Shown in pieces: positions 1-9,661 of a stretch of DNA of 64,000 nt. Within the stretch, counting starts at the first letter, position 1. Every line of letters starts with the position of its first letter. Both the position numbers and the translations under genes were made by a program. The notes below the pieces were generated by a model. That model did no database searches, was not told the origin of the DNA, and saw only the letters and a list, made by a program, of their open reading frames with translations. This DNA comes from Candidatus Gastranaerophilales bacterium (GTDB taxonomy: Bacteria; Cyanobacteriota; Vampirovibrionia; Gastranaerophilales; Gastranaerophilaceae): assembly GCA_944324135.1 (NCBI GenBank), contig CALUVE010000001.1, forward strand, positions 35,241-99,240, given 5' to 3'.

Positions 1-1
1 A

Positions 2-1024
2 TACGGACGCGCCGCTTACAAAAATATCATCTCAAAACCACTCCAAACTGAAATTCAGGCAACACTTGATAAAGGGCAGCAGGTAATTTTGCTGATAAAC
101 CGCCGCGGATTTTCAACCTTTACCCAGTGTCAGGCATGCGGATATGTAATTGGCTGCCCAAACTGCGCTATCCCGATGATATGGCACACAAAAGACCAGA
201 AACTTAAATGTCACTATTGCAACCACGAAGAATCTTTCCCTGATTTTTGCCCTGACTGCGGCTCCGATGCTCTCAAAAACAGCGGAACAGGAACTCAAAA
301 AATTGAAACTTACATAAAAGAATTATATCCGGACTATAACGTAGAACGTGTTGATAGTGATGTTATGGTAAAAAAAGGGGAACACATCAGGCTTTTGGAA
401 CGATTTCAACAGGGGGATATCGACATCCTTGTGGGCACCCAAATGATTGCCAAAGGGCTGGATAACCCTAATGTTACTCTGGTCGGAGTAATCTCTGCTG
501 ATGCAAGTTTTAACCTGCCGGATTTTAGAGCTTCTGAACGCGGATTCCAATTGTTGACACAGGTTGCAGGACGTGCAGGACGCGGTGAATTCAGCGGAAA
601 AGTCTTTTTCCAAACTTATAACCCTGATTATTACGCGCTTGCAAGTGCTAAATCCCAAAATTACCGCGAATTCTATGATACAGAAATCGTTGCCCGCGAA
701 GAATTTGACTACCCGCCGTTCAGCCAGATTATCAGGATAATCTTAAGCTGCGAAAATAACTTCCGCGCAGAAAAATCCGCACAGGAAATCGCACTGCGCC
801 TGTGCACGATGATTGAAAAATACGGAATCTCTGAGCGGCTGGAAGTGCTAGGTCCAACCCCTTGCGTTATTGAACGGATAAACGGACTCTACAGGTTTCA
901 AATCATTATCAAAAACAAACTGGAAGAAAAAGGGCATCAGTTTATCTCAAGTTTCTTGAGCAAAATGACCGTTCCAAAAGATATAAGAATGGCTGTAGAT
1001 GTCGACCCGCTTGATATTCTGTAG
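2..1024 (+). CDS. priA: Primosomal protein N' (PriA helicase), C-terminal part; reading frame is open to the window edge
   Basis: The frame is open from nt 2. A Cys-rich zinc-binding insert (CQACGYVIGCPNCAIPMIWH..CHYCNH..CPDCGS) is followed by helicase C-terminal motifs (LVGTQMIAKGLD, QVAGRAGR). Confidence 0.85.
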   Translation, partial: YGRAAYKNIISKPLQTEIQATLDKGQQVILLINRRGFSTFTQCQACGYVIGCPNCAIPMIWHTKDQKLKCHYCNHEESFPDFCPDCGSDALKNSGTGTQKIETYIKELYPDYNVERVDSDVMVKKGEHIRLLERFQQGDIDILVGTQMIAKGLDNPNVTLVGVISADASFNLPDFRASERGFQLLTQVAGRAGRGEFSGKVFFQTYNPDYYALASAKSQNYREFYDTEIVAREEFDYPPFSQIIRIILSCENNFRAEKSAQEIALRLCTMIEKYGISERLEVLGPTPCVIERINGLYRFQIIIKNKLEEKGHQFISSFLSKMTVPKDIRMAVDVDPLDIL

Positions 1025-1120
1025 CACAAGTTTGTTAAAATATGTTAAATCTCAAATTGGAAACAGCAAAATTTATCTTTCAGGATTTTTAAACCGTCCA
1101 TAACAGGAGTATATTATTCA

Positions 1121-1948
1121 ATGTTGAGATTTAATTCAATTTCAGCCCCAAGAATTTTCAACCAAAATATTAATCTAAAAAATCTTAACCCCACAGAACT
1201 GGGTTGGATTAGGCCGGACACAACAATAAGCTTTCAATCTCCGCAGGCAGCACAGGCTTATGCTAAAAAAAGAGTTCTGCAAGCCTTGAATAATTCATCA
1301 CCGTTTGAAAGAGGGATTTTAATAAAGAAAAATGTTGTTTTAGGAGAAATTAACGGGAGTTTCAACAGTGTTGATTTAAAAAAATATATCGCTAACAAAA
1401 AAGTAGCCGGCAGTACATTTTTCCACGGACATCCTGAGGTATACGGAGAAGCCATGCCTGTCAGTATTACCGATTTTCTGGTACAGGTCGGCAACAAAAT
1501 CAAAAACATGGTTGCCTTTAATAAAGATGGAGAATTTTCAATACTGGAAGAAAAAATCGAAAAGAAATTTTATAACTATCTGCCCGCAAAAGTAGAAGAA
1601 TTTTTTGAAAGCGCTGCCAGAATAGGAACAGCAGTCACAGCAGTGGACAAATTTTCAAAAATGTGGGCAAAATTTTTCCCTGCACCTCTCAGAGAAAGCG
1701 TAAATAAAATGATGCACGCACAAATCAGTAATGAAATATTATCCGGAAAAAAAGTTATAGAAGAAGGGAAAAGTCTGTTGAAAAGAGAACGGCTTGTAAA
1801 ACAGATAGCACTATTGGAAACCCAAATCTACAAAAACGGAGCAGCCGCAAAAAGTATAAATGACTTTTGGAAAGCAAATGCTGACAGATGGGGTTACAGA
1901 TATAAAACGAATTTTTCAAACCTGAAAAACGCCCCGGGGCCGTTTTAG
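1121..1948 (+). CDS. Hypothetical protein with a possible JAB/MPN-like metallopeptidase signature
   Basis: 275-aa ORF. FERGILI..(about 45 aa)..FFHGHPEVYGEAMPVSITDF resembles the JAMM pattern E..HxH..S-x2-D, but with a 10-residue rather than 7-residue spacer. No other recognisable domain. Confidence 0.45.
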   Translation: MLRFNSISAPRIFNQNINLKNLNPTELGWIRPDTTISFQSPQAAQAYAKKRVLQALNNSSPFERGILIKKNVVLGEINGSFNSVDLKKYIANKKVAGSTFFHGHPEVYGEAMPVSITDFLVQVGNKIKNMVAFNKDGEFSILEEKIEKKFYNYLPAKVEEFFESAARIGTAVTAVDKFSKMWAKFFPAPLRESVNKMMHAQISNEILSGKKVIEEGKSLLKRERLVKQIALLETQIYKNGAAAKSINDFWKANADRWGYRYKTNFSNLKNAPGPF

Positions 1949-1996
1949 GATATTGTTGGACTGAAAGTTTAACCTGCTTCTAAAAAATTTCCGACA

Positions 1997-3379
1997 TTAA
2001 ACGTCCCCAAAAAGTTTATTCAACGTAAGATTTTCAATCCTGTTTCCACACCAGTTCGGGAGTTCAACATGCAAATTTTCGCACGGCGGACGCAGTATAT
2101 CATGGAAATAAGATTCTCCACTGTCTATAATTTTCATTACACCGTCTTGCATCAGAATATTTCCGTGACTTTTGCAATCATTATAAAATATCCCGAGAGA
2201 GTTTAAATCTTTCATAGCTTTATTGATTTCAATAATATTTGTAGTTCCTGTATACGGTTCACCCTCTATAAACTCATACACGGCTGTGTTGGACGGACAA
2301 TCATAATAGTAAAATCGAGGAGCATTTTCACAGTTATGACGGCTCAGATAATAATCTATCTGAGCGTTCAAAAAAACTGAATCTGAATGATAAGCCTGAT
2401 TTATATGGTTATTTTGTCCTGCGGGAACCGGTTCTTTTTTAATTATATAAGAGTGATTTAATGGTTTTCCGTCAGGAGTACAGAATTGCACCTTGAGCGG
2501 GGCTTTGCCGGACATACCGGCTTTGAGCGGATGCACTTTCATATATTTCCCGCTGTATTCTACAACCTCTGCTGCCGGTCTTTCAAACAGCCAGTTTACA
2601 AAATGATTAAAATCTCCGAGCTCTTCTATCTCTTTCGGTATTTCGCCAAAACGAACATTTTCAAAACTAAAAGTTTTTTGTCCGTTTACAATCGGGCTTG
2701 TTTTGTCCATAAGTTTGAACAGATGCCAGTTTGGCGAAATATTAATTAAATCATTCAGGGTTGTTTCCGGTTTATTGATAACTTTTGTCAGATATTTTTC
2801 ATAAGCGGCATTGTATCCGGCCGGTGCGTGAAGCCAATCAAGAAGATTTTTCTCGCCGCCGATGGCATTCATCAGAATTTTTGTGTTTTTAAAGCTTTCT
2901 CTCGGATTATCTGTCACTTCTTTTATAAAATCAGCGCCGGCTTTCTCGTCAGATGTTATCCCGAATAAAAACTCCTTAACTTTTTCCGGCTGATGCACGC
3001 CGGATAGAAAATCTATAAAATTCTGCTTGCTTTCCTGAAATGTTTTATACAGAGAGGTTTCTTCAAATTTTTTAACCGTATAAGGAATAATTTTTTCTTC
3101 AAGCTGCTGCTGACTCTCAGATACGGTTTGGGTTATATTTTCATTAGCTTTTTGTACAGATTCAGCCAGAGCTTTTTGCAAATTTTTGAGGGTCTTTCTC
3201 TGGGAAACAGTTACAACACTCAAACCAATGACACCGGCAAATGACAAACCTGCTATAATTTTGGAACAATCATTGTTTTTCTGCGACGGCTGCTTATCCT
3301 GTGACGGCATAAACATATATGGCGGCAATAGCTGCGGCGGGTTTGATTTAAAACTAACAGGATTAATTTTCAATGTCAT
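1997..3379 (-). CDS. Membrane-anchored hypothetical protein with a protein-kinase-like C-terminal signature
   Basis: 460-aa ORF with one N-proximal TM helix (IIAGLSFAGVIGLSVVTV). The C-terminus has YIIKKEP (Lys), EFIEGEPY (hinge-like), NDCKSHGNILMQ (D-x-K..N catalytic-loop-like) and KIIDSGES (DFG-like). Confidence 0.45.
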   Translation of the reverse strand: MTLKINPVSFKSNPPQLLPPYMFMPSQDKQPSQKNNDCSKIIAGLSFAGVIGLSVVTVSQRKTLKNLQKALAESVQKANENITQTVSESQQQLEEKIIPYTVKKFEETSLYKTFQESKQNFIDFLSGVHQPEKVKEFLFGITSDEKAGADFIKEVTDNPRESFKNTKILMNAIGGEKNLLDWLHAPAGYNAAYEKYLTKVINKPETTLNDLINISPNWHLFKLMDKTSPIVNGQKTFSFENVRFGEIPKEIEELGDFNHFVNWLFERPAAEVVEYSGKYMKVHPLKAGMSGKAPLKVQFCTPDGKPLNHSYIIKKEPVPAGQNNHINQAYHSDSVFLNAQIDYYLSRHNCENAPRFYYYDCPSNTAVYEFIEGEPYTGTTNIIEINKAMKDLNSLGIFYNDCKSHGNILMQDGVMKIIDSGESYFHDILRPPCENLHVELPNWCGNRIENLTLNKLFGDV

Positions 3380-3430
3380 AATTGAGACCTCTTTTCTATT
3401 GATAAAAAACGAGAAAAAATTTTTTTGCGG

Positions 3431-3835
3431 TTATTCTTCGTGGAATAATTCGTGGTAATCTTTGAGATATATAGCGCGGGATTTAACTATGTCTTTTTTC
3501 AATCCGCAGGCAATATTTTTACCCTCAATATTAACCTTTCTTTTTAAAAGTTCGTCTATCATTTTGAATTCCGTCTCCTTATATTTTGTCCAGCGGTTTT
3601 GGGAGGCTGTGAGATTTCTCACCTGTTTATCAGGCAATTCTGCAAGGAGCATTTGATAGTATTTTTCTATTTCCACTTCCCAGAGAGTACGCGCTTTATT
3701 TGTACAAGCCATCATTTCTTTGTAACTGCTTGTTTCATTGATACACTTAAGCTCATCCCTGTCAATTTCGTTCATTGCACTGCTTTTAACTGCAAAAAGG
3801 CAAAAAACAACAATAAAAATAAAGATTTTTTTCAT
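3431..3835 (-). CDS. Secreted DUF1311 / LprI-like (lysozyme-inhibitor-like) protein
   Basis: Start chosen at the internal MKKIFIFIVVFCLFAV signal peptide. Contains conserved Cys residues and the ..QNRWTKYKETEF.. pattern typical of DUF1311. Confidence 0.5.
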   Translation of the reverse strand: MKKIFIFIVVFCLFAVKSSAMNEIDRDELKCINETSSYKEMMACTNKARTLWEVEIEKYYQMLLAELPDKQVRNLTASQNRWTKYKETEFKMIDELLKRKVNIEGKNIACGLKKDIVKSRAIYLKDYHELFHEE

Positions 3836-3923
3836 ATAATAATAATACCATAGCAAAAAAAAATATGCGCGTGTTTTATAAGATTACCGGACAAAAAACA
3901 AAAGAAAAGGATGATAGAATAAT

Positions 3924-4586
3924 ATGGAAATTAATAATACCCCGCAATATAAACCTGCATTTCAGGCAAGAAATCTTTCTCGTGTTATATCAAAAACAAA
4001 ACAAGGCTTAGAAACAGTAGTAGATGTTTATTCACTGGATTCAAGAGACAAAGTTTTTATAAACAGAATGTCTGAGGTTATAAAAGGGCACGCGTTGCCG
4101 GAAGATACTCTTATGATAGGCGAAAAAGATGCCAAAACATCTGTAAAAGATTCGTTGCAACATGTTTTTTCTCCTAAAAAACGTTATTCTGACAGCCTTT
4201 TAATTGCGATTGAAAATAAAAAGAAAATCCTTGGAATTTTGGATTGCAGAGAACGCGGAGATATAGACCTGCATACATTCTATATGTTTCAGGATAACAA
4301 CCGTAACACAGGACGCAAGGCGCTCTTGCTTCAGGCTCTAAAAAATATTAAAAGACAAATAGATGTATACGCCCAAATTCAACCGGAAAGAATGACTGAA
4401 AAAGCCAAAAAATATTTCCGAAATCTTGGTTTTGGAAAAGAACTCGGCGACAAAGATTTGTTAATGTCTAATACAAAAATTCATGACAAAATAGATAAAA
4501 TTCAAAATTCTGCTGCAATTTCCGTAAAAGAATTCCGATCCACTAAAAATGTTGATCTTGTTGATGTTTTAAAGCTGGATGAGTAA
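3924..4586 (+). CDS. Hypothetical protein, GNAT-acetyltransferase-like core
   Basis: 220-aa ORF. LLIAIENKKKILGILDC beta strands, an NRNTGRKALLLQAL motif-A-like segment, and KAKKYFRNLGF, a typical GNAT C-terminal helix-strand. Confidence 0.4.
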   Translation: MEINNTPQYKPAFQARNLSRVISKTKQGLETVVDVYSLDSRDKVFINRMSEVIKGHALPEDTLMIGEKDAKTSVKDSLQHVFSPKKRYSDSLLIAIENKKKILGILDCRERGDIDLHTFYMFQDNNRNTGRKALLLQALKNIKRQIDVYAQIQPERMTEKAKKYFRNLGFGKELGDKDLLMSNTKIHDKIDKIQNSAAISVKEFRSTKNVDLVDVLKLDE

Positions 4587-4616
4587 ACACTAACTCACTT
4601 ATGCTGATACAAAACA

Positions 4617-5585
4617 TTATGCTTGACGGTAAAGGTTGCCGCTGATTGGAATTTGCAGCCCTAAAATTGTCAGCGTTTTGATTTTCTTTTTGGGGCTGAA
4701 AACATTTTTTACAGAAAATAGTTTCTGGGTAAATGATACAGTTTTTGGCGGCAGAGATTTTTCGTAATCTGATTTTACAATATCAAATACTACTGATTTT
4801 TCCGCGTATTTCCACCACAAATCTTTCAAAGGATGAGCGCAGCCTTTAAAACAAGGTTTAAGCCCGGTATAATGGATAATAACAGGATTTTTTGCAGCCT
4901 GAAGATATTCTTTTTCGGTTTCTCCCTCGTATTCACAATAGAAATTCCGCCACCAGGTGTTTAGGTAATTGTATTTGGGATTTATAAGAACTTTTTTCCC
5001 GTCTGTCACCACATTCAAGACATCCTGATCACAAAATTCAATTTTTTTATCTGTAGATGTTGCATAAGTTTTTATCAGTTCAAAAAAGTTATTTTCCCTG
5101 CAATATTTACAGTTAAAAAGGATAACGCCGGAATTGAAATAGGTTGGCTGCTTAAGGTCAAGCCGTTGAATGTGTTTTTGGACATCCCAGACGTCTTCTA
5201 CAGCACCGAGGAATTTCCCCTCCAAATCGGTTTCCCACAATTCATTCAAATCACCTGCGACAAGTGTGTCACAATCAAGATAAAGTATTCTGTCCAAATC
5301 AGGACAGACGTCAGGAAGTTTTACTCTGAACCAGGCCTCTTTTGTAACCCATTTTGACATAGGAAAATTGTCAAATTCCGAGGGGTCAACTTTTATCATT
5401 CTGATTGTACAGAGTGTTTCGGTTTTAAACTTTTCCAGCTTAAAAAGACTTTCGTCATTTAGCTCCGAATACAGTATGACAAAACATATATGCGGATTAT
5501 TGGCGGCAGCACCCGTCATTGAGACAATTGTCTGGTTCATATATTTGTCATCCGGTGCATAACATATTGTAATCTTATTTTTCAT
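4617..5585 (-). CDS. Glycosyltransferase family 8 (LPS alpha-1,3-glycosyltransferase-like)
   Basis: ICYAPDDKY N-terminus, DXD motif in LYLDCDTLVAGDL, and FNSGVILFN. Overlaps the upstream gene by 11 nt. Confidence 0.8.
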   Translation of the reverse strand: MKNKITICYAPDDKYMNQTIVSMTGAAANNPHICFVILYSELNDESLFKLEKFKTETLCTIRMIKVDPSEFDNFPMSKWVTKEAWFRVKLPDVCPDLDRILYLDCDTLVAGDLNELWETDLEGKFLGAVEDVWDVQKHIQRLDLKQPTYFNSGVILFNCKYCRENNFFELIKTYATSTDKKIEFCDQDVLNVVTDGKKVLINPKYNYLNTWWRNFYCEYEGETEKEYLQAAKNPVIIHYTGLKPCFKGCAHPLKDLWWKYAEKSVVFDIVKSDYEKSLPPKTVSFTQKLFSVKNVFSPKKKIKTLTILGLQIPISGNLYRQA

Positions 5586-6486
5586 AATTCCCGCCTGCCA
5601 GTTTTTCGTATAATGTGTTTGTTAAATTAATATTTTTTGATTTGCTCAAAACTTTCATCTTATGTGTAAGTTTATGTATAGAGGACATTTTTTTCAGCTC
5701 GTCAAATCGTTTTTCGCTGTATGTGTTCAACAGTTCATTCTGCATTTGCTGCACAGGGAAAAAGCTGAAAAACGGCACTTTCTGCCATAATCTTTGATTT
5801 TCTTCATCAGCTGACGTCACCATTGTAAAGGCATGCAGGAATGTAAAATAATTAACAAGAAAACGATTATCGCGCCAGTACTCGTATAGAACTTCCTGCG
5901 TATCTTTCAAAATTTTATGGTTCGGTTTGGAATGAATAAAATAGCTTGCCATATTCAAACCGTCAAGGTCGGCTTTCGGGTCATTTTGGAATACAAACAG
6001 GTCAGAATTTGTGATGTAATCAGGCATTTCGTCAGTAAAAAGTACTGTTGCATCAACCCAGGTTCCGCCGTTTTTGATTAGCAGATTTGTCCGCAAAATA
6101 TCAGAAAAATGTGCGGTTTTTATTATACCTTTATTTTTTAAATCATAGATAAAACCGGGAATATCAGTATAATTTTCAATATTTTGCGGAGTTATGATAA
6201 TTCTTTCCCGCCCGCCGGAAAATTTTTCAACACTATCAAGACATGTTTTTACAAGCGGCGGAGCGTTTTCAGCACCCTGTTCCCAGTATTGCCAGATTAT
6301 CGGGGGTGCCGGCTGCAGCGGTGTTTGAGGTGTACTTTTTTTCCGCACAATTTTTACATATTTCTTGAGGTATTTTTGGGCGTAATCACCTTTTACAATA
6401 CGCCTGATGCGCTTGTTTGGAATAAATACTTCTATAAAAATTTTAAATAGAGAATTTTTTGTTTGGTTAAATAAAGATTTAATCAT
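5575..6486 (-). CDS. Capsular-polysaccharide-synthesis-type (Caps_synth / OCH1-like) glycosyltransferase
   Basis: PPIIWQYWEQGAENAPPLVKTCLDS and FSDILRTNLLIKNGGTWVDATV patterns. Overlaps the upstream TSCPD gene by 8 nt. Confidence 0.6.
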   Translation of the reverse strand: MIKSLFNQTKNSLFKIFIEVFIPNKRIRRIVKGDYAQKYLKKYVKIVRKKSTPQTPLQPAPPIIWQYWEQGAENAPPLVKTCLDSVEKFSGGRERIIITPQNIENYTDIPGFIYDLKNKGIIKTAHFSDILRTNLLIKNGGTWVDATVLFTDEMPDYITNSDLFVFQNDPKADLDGLNMASYFIHSKPNHKILKDTQEVLYEYWRDNRFLVNYFTFLHAFTMVTSADEENQRLWQKVPFFSFFPVQQMQNELLNTYSEKRFDELKKMSSIHKLTHKMKVLSKSKNINLTNTLYEKLAGGNYEK

Positions 6487-6769
6487 TTTTCACTTTAGCT
6501 TTTATTTTATTTTTATATTCAATAAGGCATCTGGCGAGCTGGTCAGGGCAAGAGGTCGGTTTATCCCCGCAGGTAATCCCTTTTAGTTTTTCAATTACAT
6601 CATCAATTTTCATTCCTCTAACTAGGCTTACGATACCTTTCAAATTACCGTTGCAGCCGCCGAGAAAACCGGCGTCTACTATCCGTCCGTCCTCATCTAT
6701 TGCAGCCTGAATCATTCTGCTGCAAGTGCCGCTGGTTTCATATTGAATTACTTCTACATTTTTATTCAT
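6479..6769 (-). CDS. TSCPD-domain protein (TIGR03905-like)
   Basis: 96 aa with GTCSR, GGCNGNLKG and the literal KPTSCPDQLA motif. Confidence 0.7.
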   Translation of the reverse strand: MNKNVEVIQYETSGTCSRMIQAAIDEDGRIVDAGFLGGCNGNLKGIVSLVRGMKIDDVIEKLKGITCGDKPTSCPDQLARCLIEYKNKIKAKVKND

Positions 6770-6781
6770 TTTTTATACCTT

Positions 6782-7669
6782 TTATCTTATAAAATTCCAA
6801 AAATAACGTTTAGCTTTATCAAGAATACTCATATCTTTTCTGCCGCCCTTTTGCGCAACAGAAATTGTATAAGGTTCAGGCTGGGTTGTTCTTGAATATT
6901 TAATATCCTGAGGCCCGAAGAGCATTACGTAAGACGCTTTATACCCGTCAGGGATTTGCAGCTGGCGGCAGAGTTCAGGAAACATTTTGAGACAAATTTC
7001 AGCAAAACCGCACCAGACTGTACCGACACCGAGACTTTGCGCATAAAGTTCAAAGTAACTAAGTGCAATTACAGGGTCAATATCCGCACACGGCGCATCT
7101 ATCGGAGAACACGCTACTATTAAATGCGGAGCACCCCTGAATATAATATCCTCTCCGTTTAAGAAAGCTTCTTTGTATTTGCCGAATTTTTCTACAATCG
7201 GTTTGATTGGAGTTTTTGTGAGAATTTTTATGAGTGTACTGGTTACATACCCGCGAAAATCGTTCATAACCGCAATATCATCAATAAAGGCAAAGTGCAG
7301 ACGGTGATTGTTGCAGCCGGTCGGAACCCAGTTCAGCATATTTTTTAGCTTTTCAAGGGTTTCTTTATCCAGATTTTCACTTTTGTAATGTCTTATGCTT
7401 CTGCGGCTTTTTATCAAATTCAAGACTGCCTCGCTGTCAGTTTTTTTGATAGAGTCGGAATCCTGAGGATTTTTACCAAAAATTGAAAGCGCGCCTGTCG
7501 GGCATATCGCAAGACAATGCTGGCATTTTATACATCTGTTTTCACCGTTTTCTGCAAGGTGAGGAACTTCGTTTTCGTTTTGTTCCAAAACTTTTGCCGA
7601 ACAGTCTTTTACACATAATCCGCAGTGTGTACATTTATTTTCATCAATAACCAAATCAATGCAGTTCAT
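6782..7669 (-). CDS. Ferredoxin-domain (2x[4Fe-4S]) fused nitroreductase-family oxidoreductase
   Basis: CTHCGLCVKDC and CIKCQHCLAICP clusters are followed by the nitroreductase signature RRSIRHY and a C-terminal FMN-fold. Its start codon shares 1 nt (TAATG) with the stop of the upstream gene. Confidence 0.8.
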   Translation of the reverse strand: MNCIDLVIDENKCTHCGLCVKDCSAKVLEQNENEVPHLAENGENRCIKCQHCLAICPTGALSIFGKNPQDSDSIKKTDSEAVLNLIKSRRSIRHYKSENLDKETLEKLKNMLNWVPTGCNNHRLHFAFIDDIAVMNDFRGYVTSTLIKILTKTPIKPIVEKFGKYKEAFLNGEDIIFRGAPHLIVACSPIDAPCADIDPVIALSYFELYAQSLGVGTVWCGFAEICLKMFPELCRQLQIPDGYKASYVMLFGPQDIKYSRTTQPEPYTISVAQKGGRKDMSILDKAKRYFWNFIR

Positions 7670-8568
7670 TATTTTTCTCCTGTTGTATCCTCAGCAAATA
7701 TATCATAAAAATGGTAAAATTGCAGCGGATAGCGGCGGGTTAGGTTTTCAAGAAATTTTACGTATGCGCCCTGAACATCTTGCGGGTTTGCAGGTGCTTT
7801 TTCAAGATAGACAACATATTTCCCTTTTTGATTTTTTACAAGCACAATAAAAAATGTCGGGCAGTCCATCAGCCTTGCAAAGGTAAATGTCCCGAGCGGA
7901 AATTCGACAGTTTTTCCTAAAAATTCCGTCTTAAACACGGTAGAGCCGGTTTCTGATACTCTGTCTCCTGCGATAAATACAAGTTCGCCGTTATCAAGTT
8001 TTTGTTTTATCTCTATAGGTGTGCCGATGCCGATTTGTTCAACCGGATAGGTCGTAACATCTGCCTGCGGTAACATAATTCTTCTAATAAATTCATTGAA
8101 TATTTTGCATTGACTTTCGCTTAAAAATATATTTACGTGTACATTATATTTGTTGTATTCAGCACTCAAAAAAGAACGCAGAACATGAATATTACCAAGA
8201 TGCGAACTTATGAAAAAACCGCCTTTTTTCTGTAAAACAATATTAAAAAATTCTTTTTTTGTTTCTTCATCGCAAAAGGTTATATTACGCGGGTTAAATT
8301 TGTCAATAAAAGTTTCCATATTATCAATGAGAATATCCGAGTATGACAAAAAATGACGGAATTGATTTTGTAAAGACGGTTTTACTCCAACAACCGCAAG
8401 ATATTTTTTAGAATATCCCCTTACTTCAGGTGCAAAAATAAACGCAAAAAATGTCACAAAAAAGGTTACAAACTTTACTGCTCCTCTTCCGAAAAATTTG
8501 TGTATATAATACATCAGCATAAGTCTTTTAATGCCGGCTGCCTGCTCTTTTACCTGATACCATTTCAT
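7669..8568 (-). CDS. LpxL/HtrB-family (lipid A biosynthesis-type) acyltransferase
   Basis: N-terminal membrane helix, SSHLGNIHVL (HxxxxD/E-type box as in HLGNWE of LpxL), and a later GDR box. Has a 4-nt ATGA overlap with the methyltransferase gene. Confidence 0.65.
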   Translation of the reverse strand: MKWYQVKEQAAGIKRLMLMYYIHKFFGRGAVKFVTFFVTFFAFIFAPEVRGYSKKYLAVVGVKPSLQNQFRHFLSYSDILIDNMETFIDKFNPRNITFCDEETKKEFFNIVLQKKGGFFISSHLGNIHVLRSFLSAEYNKYNVHVNIFLSESQCKIFNEFIRRIMLPQADVTTYPVEQIGIGTPIEIKQKLDNGELVFIAGDRVSETGSTVFKTEFLGKTVEFPLGTFTFARLMDCPTFFIVLVKNQKGKYVVYLEKAPANPQDVQGAYVKFLENLTRRYPLQFYHFYDIFAEDTTGEK

Positions 8569-9644
8569 GCTTTTTCACACTCCAGCAGGGTATAGTCATG
8601 AGAGCCGATTCTGTATTCACAGACAACTTTCAGCCCTGACTTTGTAATTATTTTTTCCATATCGGATTTTTTATACATTTTGCTTTTTCCGTTAGCCATA
8701 CAGGTAAAATACAGCGAAATGTGGACCAGTGAATACGCCGCGCCCTCAAAAAGCTGATTATCAGTAAACGGTTCTAGGATGTATATTTTAGTATTATCTT
8801 CCATATTCAGACGGATATTTGTGAGGATGTATTCAATCTGTTCTTTTGAAAAACAGTCAAGAAACTGACTCATAAAAACAGCACCTTTAAAATGCGGGTA
8901 TGCATATTTTTTGTCAACAACATTTATACCGTAAAATTTGCATCTTGAAGAATTGATATTCTGTTGAGCCCTCTCCAAATTTTCCGGCAGGTCAAGCATT
9001 GTTATTTTGCACTCTTCGTTGTATGCAAGGCAGGCTTTTTCAAACTTTCCGGTATTCCCGCCAATATCAAAAATTTCCTCGGGTTTATCTTTAAAAATTA
9101 TACCTAAAGCCTCTTCAAAGCACCCGTCTGAGTAAAAATGGTCAAATTCATACCAGCTTTTCTGGATTTTTTCAGGCAGTCTGGCAAGCGCCGGATAAAT
9201 AGTCGGATAATCTCCTATAAACTTGTGCAGTCCTGAAGGTTCTGACGTCTTGAAAGAGTCCGAAAGCTCTGATGCGCCAAGATAACAAACATCTTTCATA
9301 AAATTAAAGTTTACCCGTGTCATCTCATCATACAGAAAAGACTGGGAAAGTTTTGTCGTTGTGTATTTGTCATCATCACATCTGACAAGCCCTGCATGCT
9401 CAGCAGCATCAAAAAGAGTCGCCGCACAATATTCCGTAACCCCACAATGTTTGGAAATTTCTTCAACTGTTGAGGGAGTTTCATCAATGAATTTTAAAAT
9501 TCCTGTGTCCAGAAGCGTGCCGACAACCTGAAATGTAAACGGGGCAAAAGCTATTTCCTGCGCTTTTGTTAGTGCTTCTATACGTGAAGATTCCCCTTTT
9601 CTTTCTCTTCTGTATCTTAATTTTGTTGCATTTTCTTTGCTCAT
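8565..9644 (-). CDS. SAM-dependent (O-)methyltransferase with N-terminal dimerisation/wHTH domain (ApeB-like)
   Basis: SAM motif I (IFDIGGNTGKF) and an N-terminal winged-helix-like segment, as in plant-type/PKS O-methyltransferases. Confidence 0.75.
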   Translation of the reverse strand: MSKENATKLRYRRERKGESSRIEALTKAQEIAFAPFTFQVVGTLLDTGILKFIDETPSTVEEISKHCGVTEYCAATLFDAAEHAGLVRCDDDKYTTTKLSQSFLYDEMTRVNFNFMKDVCYLGASELSDSFKTSEPSGLHKFIGDYPTIYPALARLPEKIQKSWYEFDHFYSDGCFEEALGIIFKDKPEEIFDIGGNTGKFEKACLAYNEECKITMLDLPENLERAQQNINSSRCKFYGINVVDKKYAYPHFKGAVFMSQFLDCFSKEQIEYILTNIRLNMEDNTKIYILEPFTDNQLFEGAAYSLVHISLYFTCMANGKSKMYKKSDMEKIITKSGLKVVCEYRIGSHDYTLLECEKA

Positions 9645-9661
9645 GATATTAAAATTATAAC

